Origin: a virus
Direction: 5' to 3' (one strand)
IMG/VR virus record: IMGVR_UViG_3300002461_000491
Location: 1 to 44,664 of that record
DNA: 44,664 nt
The number at the start of each line of letters is the position of its first letter. Positions within the stretch are counted from its first letter, which is position 1. Positions 38,722 to 44,664 of the stretch are shown one piece after another. Below the pieces are notes generated by a model that was not told the DNA's origin, did not search any database, and saw only the letters and a list, made by a program, of their open reading frames with translations. Both the position numbers and the translations under genes were made by a program.

Positions 38722-41525
38722 GTCTTGTCCTTGGTTTGGTGCGGCGCTTTCTCCACCGGGCGCGCCGCGCTCAGCCCGTATTGCTCCAGCGCAGGCAGGC
38801 TCAGGCCCACCATGTGCGCCACCCGCTTGCCGTTGCACGTGCGCTCGATGTCGTCCTCGGCCAGCACGTTGGCCTGCATCAGCGCCCGCTTGAACACCCG
38901 GTCGCTCTTCACCGGCAGCCCGTCCCAGAACTCCCGCAGGCTCTGCTCCCGGCTGATGTGGTCCATCACGTGGCTGGTGCGCACCGCCAGAAATGGCTCA
39001 CCGTCGGCCGTCTCGTCGAAGTCAAACGGGTAGCGGTAGGTGCCGCGCGAGATCTCGCTCAGCAGCGTGTCCACGATCCACACCCACGGCTGGCGGTCGC
39101 CCTTGCTGTCGGTGATGTGCGCGTTCATCTGCGCCGTCAGGTCCCGCAAGAACCCGCCCTGCGCCACGTCGATCTCGGCAAAGTCGCACAACAGCACCCA
39201 GGCCGCCCGCACCGCCGCATAGTTGCCCAGGATGCGCACCGCGCCGGCGTCGTCTTCCTTGCCGATGCAGCTGGCCTGCATCTCGGTGATGCAGCGCTCA
39301 TGCAGCGCCTGCACCCGCGCCTTGGGCAGCTCGGCCAGGTATTCCAGCCACTGCCGCACCGGGAACACCGGCAGGTCCTCCGGCATCAGTGGCCCGCGCA
39401 TCGCCTTGCTCAGGTGGTTGCGCACCACCTTGCCCTGCAGCGTGGCCACCGGCACGTCTTCACCCGCCAGCAGCACCGGCGCGCAGATCAGAAAGTCCTT
39501 CAGCTCAGCCCCGCGCCGCGTGTGGCTGTACTGGTAGGCCTCCTGCAGGTTGTGCAGCGCCTTGTTGATCAAGTCCTGCTTGTTCGCGCTCAGCTCGCCC
39601 CAGCCCACCGGGTGGCTGGTGTAGCTCAGGCTGGTCAGGATGCGGAACTCGGTCTGCATGCTCTGCCGGCTGAACACCGTCATGCCGATCGTGCGCTCCA
39701 GCCGCTTCAGCACCGTGTCCTTGCCTGTGCCCTTGTCGGCCTGCATCACAAAGTGCGGCCAGAAGCCCAGGAAGGCTTTCAGGTGCGCCCCCAACGCCCA
39801 CACCAGCTGCTGCAGCACCCCGTTCTCGGCAAACGTGGCCTGGTAGGCCGCAATCACCTGTGCGGCCGTGCTGCGCGCCCCACTGGGGAACGTCAGCGCG
39901 CTGTACGGGCACTGCTGCGCCGGATCGGTGAAGAAGCAGTCCGGCCCTTCGTTCACCACCGGCTTGCCCTGCCGCCAGGCCAGCCCCACAAAGTTCACCG
40001 CGTCACGCGCGCCGATGTCGGCCGCCCGCTCCATCACGTTGATCATCCGGCTGAAGTTCGCCGGGCTGAACACCGGCCCCAGCTTCTTCCAGTGCTCCAC
40101 GTTGTGCAGCTGCTCGTCGGCCACCACCTTGCGCAGCAGCCGGTGGCTGTAGCGCGGCACCTGCACGCTCACCGCAAAGATCGTGGCCGGGCTTGCGTCC
40201 TTGTCGCCCGTCATCGTGCTGGTCGGGCTGGCGATCGTCACCCGGCTGATGCCCGCCACGCGAAAGCCGCACACGTTGGTCAGCGTCAGCTTCTCTTTGC
40301 CGTCGTTGTCCTCGCTGGCCTCCTCGTACTTGTCCACGAAGCTGGTGAAGTCGGGCCGCGTGCGGAACCGCCAGTACACCTGCGTGTCATGGAACGGCAG
40401 CCACAGCCGCGGCTTGCCCCGGTGCGTCTTGCCCGGCATGCCCGGTATCAGCCAGGGCTCCAGCTTCTGCAGCGCCGTGGCCAGCCGCTCGGCGCCGTGG
40501 GCCTGCAGATAGTCGTTGATGTCCTTGATCGGCTCCTCAGCGTCGTCCAGCCAGTCTTCCATGTCCACCATCAGCGCCGGCACGTCCAGGCCCATCAGCG
40601 CCTCATGCGCAGCCCAGGCCGCCTGCATGCCAGCGCAGTAGCCCGCCTTGGGGCCATGCTCAATCGGCTTGTCGTTGTCGAACGCCAGCACCACCTGCTT
40701 GCCGATGAACAACCGCCAGTCCATCCCCGCCACACTGCCCGTGCCCCGGGTGGCCACCGCCGCAGTGCCCGGCATCGCGCAGGTGTCGATGCTCAGCGCG
40801 TTGGTCGCGCTCTCCACCACGTACACCCGGCGCGCGCTGGCAAAGCGGCGCCAGTCGCTGCACCACGGGGCGCCCACCTTCTCACCCTGGCTCTGCGTCT
40901 TCAGGCCGCCGTTCAGCGCCGGGTCGATGAAGCGCATGTCCACCGCCAGCACCTGGTGCGTGTCAGGCGTGCGCACGATGGTGGCCACCGCCGGCCCGCC
41001 GTGGTTGATCTCGCCGGGCGCGAACTTCGGGTTCACGTAGTCGTTCAGCCCCAGCGTGCCCCGGTCGATCGCGTGCGCCACCGCCTTCTCGCTGATGCCA
41101 CGGCCCGTCAGGTAGCCCACCACCTGGGCGCGCTTGCCCGGGTCGCGCACGTTGGCCAGGCAGTTGTCGGCAATCCACTCGGCGCGGGTTTTCTCGCGCC
41201 GCTCGGCCGGCTGGCCATGCTGGGCCGGCCGCTCCACGCTGATGCGGTACAGCTCTCCCAGCGCCTTGGCCGCGGTGATGAAGTCGCATCCCTGCACATG
41301 CATGTACAGGTCCACAGGGCCGCCGCCCAGGTCGGTGCTGAAGTCCTTGAAGTAGCTGCGCCCGTCCTTCTTGTAGCAGCTCAGGCTGGGCATCTTGTCC
41401 GCGTGGTGCGGGCTCTTGAAGTTGCCCCTGTCGCCAGGGCGCACCAGCCCCAGCTTGATGGCCAGATCCTCGCAATCCACCCGTGCGTTGATCTCGTCGG
41501 CCAGTGATGGTCTGTTGTTCGTCAT
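38712..41525 (-). CDS. DNA primase (toprim) / helicase-type replication protein, 937 aa
   Basis: The N-terminal primase-like region is followed by a toprim-like VYVVESATNALSIDTCAMPG...VVLAFDNDK. The C-terminal NTPase has a Walker A-like ADKGTGKDTVLKRL. It is the largest early gene. Confidence 0.7.
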   Translation of the reverse strand: MTNNRPSLADEINARVDCEDLAIKLGLVRPGDRGNFKSPHHADKMPSLSCYKKDGRSYFKDFSTDLGGGPVDLYMHVQGCDFITAAKALGELYRISVERPAQHGQPAERREKTRAEWIADNCLANVRDPGKRAQVVGYLTGRGISEKAVAHAIDRGTLGLNDYVNPKFAPGEINHGGPAVATIVRTPDTHQVLAVDMRFIDPALNGGLKTQSQGEKVGAPWCSDWRRFASARRVYVVESATNALSIDTCAMPGTAAVATRGTGSVAGMDWRLFIGKQVVLAFDNDKPIEHGPKAGYCAGMQAAWAAHEALMGLDVPALMVDMEDWLDDAEEPIKDINDYLQAHGAERLATALQKLEPWLIPGMPGKTHRGKPRLWLPFHDTQVYWRFRTRPDFTSFVDKYEEASEDNDGKEKLTLTNVCGFRVAGISRVTIASPTSTMTGDKDASPATIFAVSVQVPRYSHRLLRKVVADEQLHNVEHWKKLGPVFSPANFSRMINVMERAADIGARDAVNFVGLAWRQGKPVVNEGPDCFFTDPAQQCPYSALTFPSGARSTAAQVIAAYQATFAENGVLQQLVWALGAHLKAFLGFWPHFVMQADKGTGKDTVLKRLERTIGMTVFSRQSMQTEFRILTSLSYTSHPVGWGELSANKQDLINKALHNLQEAYQYSHTRRGAELKDFLICAPVLLAGEDVPVATLQGKVVRNHLSKAMRGPLMPEDLPVFPVRQWLEYLAELPKARVQALHERCITEMQASCIGKEDDAGAVRILGNYAAVRAAWVLLCDFAEIDVAQGGFLRDLTAQMNAHITDSKGDRQPWVWIVDTLLSEISRGTYRYPFDFDETADGEPFLAVRTSHVMDHISREQSLREFWDGLPVKSDRVFKRALMQANVLAEDDIERTCNGKRVAHMVGLSLPALEQYGLSAARPVEKAPHQTKDKTWA

Positions 41526-41598
41526 GGGTGGTTGTTTCGGGGTCGGTGCTGCCGCCGTGGCCGGCGGTCGGGTTGTTCGGGGTGCTGCGCCGGTGCGG

Positions 41599-41868
41599 CT
41601 AGAAAAGCGGCGGTGTGCTCGCTTCAGCCCTGGCCAGCCTGGCGCGCTGCTTCTGCGCCACCGCCTGCACTGCGGCCTGCTTCGCGTCCAGGTAGGCCTT
41701 CAGCGCGGCAACGCTGTTCACCGCCCGCTGCTGCTTCCAGGCAGCCCACACCGCGCGCTGCAGCGGCGCCGGCACCATGCGCCAGTGGTCCACGCACATC
41801 AGGTGGCCACGGCGCACCAGGCGCTGGCAGCCCACCGCCTGGCAGCGGTACTGCGCGCTGTCCGTCAT
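41599..41868 (-). CDS. Hypothetical Cys/His-containing protein (89 aa)
   Basis: ATG at 41868 (ATGA overlap). YRCQAVGCQRLVRRGHLMCVDHW suggests a zinc-binding fold. Confidence 0.4.
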   Translation of the reverse strand: MTDSAQYRCQAVGCQRLVRRGHLMCVDHWRMVPAPLQRAVWAAWKQQRAVNSVAALKAYLDAKQAAVQAVAQKQRARLARAEASTPPLF

Positions 41869-42173
41869 GCCGCACCGCCCGGGCTGCTGGCCCGCAAGGT
41901 GGCCGGCAGGCTCAACGCCAGGGCCAGCGTGGCGCTGCAGGTCAGGCGCCAGCCTTGCGGGCCGTGCAGCGCGTCGCCCTGCTCCTGCAGGCTGTCCATC
42001 ACCACATCGGCCACCCAGAACGGCACCGCCAGCGCCACAGCCAGCGCACCGGTAGTCAGCCCGCCGTCAGCCCGGCGCTCCAGCAGCAACGCCAGGGCCT
42101 GCTGCCCCAACACCTGCACTTGGTAGATCTGCATCGTGTCTCCCATTGCCTGCATGCATGCCACCCCGCTCAT
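41865..42173 (-). CDS. Hypothetical protein (102 aa)
   Basis: ATG at 42173 overlaps the upstream stop. An alternative ATG is at 42134. Confidence 0.35.
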   Translation of the reverse strand: MSGVACMQAMGDTMQIYQVQVLGQQALALLLERRADGGLTTGALAVALAVPFWVADVVMDSLQEQGDALHGPQGWRLTCSATLALALSLPATLRASSPGGAA

Positions 42174-42628
42174 ACAGTGCTCGAAGGGTCGGGCCGCGCC
42201 CAGCCGGCCACCCAGTGCGCCGCGCGCTCCCAGCCGGCCAGGTCTTCATAGGGGATCTCCAGCTCTGCCATCACCAGCAGCTCGTCGGTGGTGGTGCCAT
42301 CGGGCGCTACCGCAGCCGGCACCCGCTCAGCCAGGCCAACGCTGAACTGCTTCAACCCCGGCTTGGTCTGACCCATTACCGCAGCGCGGCGGCAGTTGCT
42401 GGTACGCACCAGGTCGCGCATGGCGCGCCGGGCCCACAGGGTGCCGCCCAGCCGGTACTCGCGCCCCCGGGCGTTGAACAGCAGCGTGCCCGCCACCACC
42501 AGGTCGGCCAGCTCGTCGTCGACCACGCTGTCGTGCCAGCCCAGGCCGTGGGCCAGCTCGCCGCGGCCCATCCAGCCGCCGTGGGCCGCCAGCCGGCGTG
42601 TGATCTCTTGCGCGCAGCGGCTGGGCAT
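42170..42628 (-). CDS. Hypothetical protein (152 aa), N-terminal winged-helix-like
   Basis: ATG at 42628 overlaps the upstream stop. Composition is balanced. Confidence 0.4.
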   Translation of the reverse strand: MPSRCAQEITRRLAAHGGWMGRGELAHGLGWHDSVVDDELADLVVAGTLLFNARGREYRLGGTLWARRAMRDLVRTSNCRRAAVMGQTKPGLKQFSVGLAERVPAAVAPDGTTTDELLVMAELEIPYEDLAGWERAAHWVAGWARPDPSSTV

Positions 42629-42849
42629 CAGGCAGCCCCCCTGCCCTGCCGGGCCAGCGCCAGCCCCAGCGGGCGGAACAGCGGGCGCGGGGGCAGCCGG
42701 TCAGTGGCGCGCAGGCGGATCGTGGCCAGGTACAGCGCATCACCGTAGATCGCCACCGCCGTCTCGGCCGCCTGCGCGCCGGTGCAGCCCGCCAGCACCA
42801 GGCAATGGCGCCGGCGCTGCATGTCCATGTGCGTCACGCGCCAGTCCAT
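42628..42849 (-). CDS. Hypothetical protein (73 aa)
   Basis: ATG at 42849, coupled to both neighbours. Confidence 0.35.
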   Translation of the reverse strand: MDWRVTHMDMQRRRHCLVLAGCTGAQAAETAVAIYGDALYLATIRLRATDRLPPRPLFRPLGLALARQGRGAA

Positions 42850-43286
42850 GGGGCCCCCGGCGTGTTGGCGCGGTCAGCCGGCGGCACCGGCAGGCAGGCA
42901 GGCGCGGGCAGGCGGTCGGGCAGCTTCAGCAGCAGCGGCGCACGGCCAGCAGTGGGCAGGTTGGCCCTGGTGCAGGCACCCTTGCAGCCCCACAGGTGGG
43001 CCATGTGCTCCAGCCGGTGGCCAAAGTCGGTGCGGCCGTAGGCCTTGTTCAGCACATCGTGCACCTCACCGGCCAGTGCGTGCTTGGCATCGGCGCCCAG
43101 CACGTCGAAGGCAGCGCGCAGCAGGTCGCTGTCCAGCCGGCGCAGGTCAGTCAGGTTGAAGACGAATCGGGCGCCGTTGTACAGCCCCAGCAGAAAGCGC
43201 GCACACACCCCGCTCTGCCCCGTGTCTCCCTGCGCCACGTTCCAAAGCCGGCTCAGCGACAGCATCGTGTCCATGCTGCTGGCCAT
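42834..43286 (-). CDS. Hypothetical conserved protein (150 aa)
   Basis: ATG at 43286 (ATGA overlap with the recombinase stop). WNVAQGDTGQSGVCARFLLGLYNGARFVFNLTDLRRLDSDL looks like a conserved family, but I cannot name it with confidence. Confidence 0.4.
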   Translation of the reverse strand: MASSMDTMLSLSRLWNVAQGDTGQSGVCARFLLGLYNGARFVFNLTDLRRLDSDLLRAAFDVLGADAKHALAGEVHDVLNKAYGRTDFGHRLEHMAHLWGCKGACTRANLPTAGRAPLLLKLPDRLPAPACLPVPPADRANTPGAPWTGA

Positions 43287-43969
43287 CACTGCCCCCCGGC
43301 CTTGGCCAGCGTGGCGGCCAGCTGCTCGGCCACCTTGCGCGGCGTGCGGCCGCCGGCGGTGGCGTGCAGGGCCTGCACATACTCTTCACGGCACAGCTGG
43401 GTGTACAGGCCGGTGCTGGCCAGGCTGGCATGGCCCAACGCCTGCTGCGCCACCTTCAGCGGGTTGGCCGCCCGGCTGCGGCGGATGATGTTCACCCCCC
43501 GGGTGTGGCGCAGCCAGTGCGGGCTCACCTTCAGCTGCAGGCTGGCCAGGCCAGCCCACACCGCAATGCGCGCCTGGTAGCTGCGCACGCTCAGCGCCGC
43601 GCCCTGGCGGCCCCAGATCAGCGGGGGCTGCACCACCGCATCCATCGGGCTGGCCTGCATGCGCTGCAGGCGCAGCAGCTGCTCCAGCGCCTGGCGCACC
43701 GGCTCGGTCACCAGGTAGCTGTGGCCCCGGCGCTGGCCCTTGCTGTTGGCCTTGCGCTGATGAGGCGCCACCACCAGCCAGCCATGGGCCAGCGCCTGCT
43801 CAGCCTGCAGGGCGGTGAAGCTGGCCAGCTCGCTGACGCGGGCGCCGGTCTCCACCATCAGGCGCATCCACCAGTAATCGCGCTGGGCCAGCGGGTCGGC
43901 GCTGCCCTTGGCAGCCATCAGCAGCGCGCGCTGCTCGGTCTCGGTCAGGTAGCGTTTGAGCATGTCCAT
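43286..43969 (-). CDS. Short tyrosine recombinase (catalytic domain only, about 227 aa)
   Basis: ATG at 43969 is preceded by GGAG with a 6-nt spacer (the track start at 43981 is a TTG). The signatures are ETGARVSEL (Arg), SPHWLRHTRG (HxxR) and ALGHASLASTGLYT (His...Tyr). Confidence 0.7.
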   Translation of the reverse strand: MDMLKRYLTETEQRALLMAAKGSADPLAQRDYWWMRLMVETGARVSELASFTALQAEQALAHGWLVVAPHQRKANSKGQRRGHSYLVTEPVRQALEQLLRLQRMQASPMDAVVQPPLIWGRQGAALSVRSYQARIAVWAGLASLQLKVSPHWLRHTRGVNIIRRSRAANPLKVAQQALGHASLASTGLYTQLCREEYVQALHATAGGRTPRKVAEQLAATLAKAGGQ

Positions 43970-44002
43970 GGGGTTCTCCAATCGGGCGTGAAGGGGTGGG
44001 AG

Positions 44003-44206
44003 TCAGGGCGCGGGGGGCGCTGGGCAGGTGCCGGGCACGCTGGCCACGGCGGCGGTGTGGTCGGCGGTGTGGTCGGCGGGGTGGCCAGCGTCCAGCCAGC
44101 CGCCCAGGCACAGCAGGCCCAGGCCCCACACGGCAGCCACCGCAAAGGTGGCCAGGCGGCCGTTGCGCGGGCCGGCGGGGTCGGGTTCAGGCAGCAGGGC
44201 AATCAC
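44003..44206 (-). CDS. Small single-TM membrane protein (67 aa)
   Basis: The GTG start overlaps the upstream stop (GTGA) and GC3 is high. The hydrophobic span is LATFAVAAVWGLGLLCLGGWL. A tandem ADHT-ADHT is encoded by a 12-bp repeat. Confidence 0.45.
   Translation of the reverse strand: MIALLPEPDPAGPRNGRLATFAVAAVWGLGLLCLGGWLDAGHPADHTADHTAAVASVPGTCPAPPAP
44051..44086. repeat. 12-bp tandem repeat, about 3 copies
   Basis: ggcggtgtggtc ggcggtgtggtc ggcggggtggcc: two perfect copies and one with 10 of 12 matches, inside the 67-aa ORF. Confidence 0.8.
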
Positions 44207-44658
44207 GACGCTACCCCGCCAGCCGGCGTGCCCGGCACAGCAGCGCCTGCCGGGCGCACACCGTCAGCACATGCCGGCGCTGTGGGCAGCTCAGCAAATC
44301 GGCCAAGCTGGCAAACCGCCGCCTGAAAAACGGCCGCGCCAGCCAGATGCGCTGCACCTCGGCCAGCACCTCGTCGGCGCTGGGCTCCAGCGGCAGCGCC
44401 TGCTGGGCTGGCCGGGGCGCCAGTGGCGGGGCCGGCCGGGGCGCCGGGGGCTGCTGGCGCCGCGGCGGCCAGGGCTGCGGCTGCGGCAATGCGGGCTTCT
44501 GCATGGGCAACGTCCTTCTGGGCTTTGAAGTCCATCAGCGCGGGGGCCACCAGCGGCATCAGGCGGCGCAGCAGCGCGTCACCACCAATGCGCACGCCAC
44601 CGGGCAGCAGGTGCACGATGGGGCGGTGCTGCGGCGCAAGCCGGGCCGGCTTGGGCAC
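44203..44658 (-). CDS. Early-operon ORF with a credible N-terminus; its 3' half is out-competed by the frame of 44211-44510
   Basis: The GTG at 44658 equals position 88 of copy 1, and the frame stays open upstream across the circular junction. Residues 1-55 (LAPQHRPIVHLLPGGVRIGGDALLRRLMPLVAPALMDFKAQKDV) have good composition and GC3. The remainder is A/G/P/R low complexity. Confidence 0.35.
   Translation of the reverse strand: MPKPARLAPQHRPIVHLLPGGVRIGGDALLRRLMPLVAPALMDFKAQKDVAHAEARIAAAAALAAAAPAAPGAPAGPATGAPASPAGAAAGAQRRRGAGRGAAHLAGAAVFQAAVCQLGRFAELPTAPACADGVRPAGAAVPGTPAGGVAS
44211..44510 (-). CDS. Alternative-frame ORF with a credible C-terminus (99 aa)
   Basis: The C-terminal half PLEPSADEVLAEVQRIWLARPFFRRRFASLADLLSCPQRRHVLTVCARQALLCRARRLAG has strong GC3 and protein-like composition. 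The N-terminal half is Pro-rich. Confidence 0.35.
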   Translation of the reverse strand: MPMQKPALPQPQPWPPRRQQPPAPRPAPPLAPRPAQQALPLEPSADEVLAEVQRIWLARPFFRRRFASLADLLSCPQRRHVLTVCARQALLCRARRLAG

Positions 44659-44664
44659 CAGGGC
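44571..44664. repeat. Terminal direct repeat, copy 2
   Basis: Identical to bases 1-94. A minus-strand ORF beginning at 44658 (equivalent to position 88) follows directly after the gene ending at 126, so gene order is continuous across the junction. Confidence 0.9.

Overview
The window is one complete, circularly closed phage genome. Bases 1-94 are repeated exactly at 44571-44664, giving a unique length of about 44,570 bp. The DNA is high-GC, probably from a proteobacterial host, and the gene set fits a temperate siphovirus. Almost every credible gene is on the minus strand, and many are linked by ATGA/GTGA stop-start overlaps. The long plus-strand ORFs in the track are mostly antisense shadows with R/A/G/P-rich translations.

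Gene order reading down the minus strand from about 1612 and wrapping through the window end:
- An immunity and early region made of two divergent Arc/Mnt-type ribbon-helix-helix genes, followed by BRO-N and CII(CP76)-like genes.
- Early genes that include a short tyrosine recombinase.
- A toprim primase/helicase (38712-41525).
- A block of small genes with three HNH/His-Me-type nucleases and an ASCH protein.
- The packaging and head-entry genes: candidate small terminase, TerL, portal and MuF.
- The head and tail genes: a fused protease-scaffold-capsid ORF, connector genes, major tail protein, G/GT chaperones with an A_AAA_AAC slippery site, tape measure, a GTA-like tail-tip set, a 1316-aa J-like fibre, a fibre-assembly protein and a tiny lipoprotein.

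The most unusual feature is a roughly 9.4-kb accessory block (about 18.7-28.1 kb) lying between MuF and the capsid gene. It carries a lambda-type integrase, a large serine recombinase, a Xer-type recombinase and a 918-929-aa clan GH-A glycosidase-like protein. It also holds small Cys-rich and WDGH-motif proteins and a lower-GC noncoding region of about 730 bp packed with DnaA-box-like / ACCTGTGG repeats.

No tRNA, rRNA, CRISPR array or reverse transcriptase was seen. All family assignments come from motif recognition by eye; no database search was run.
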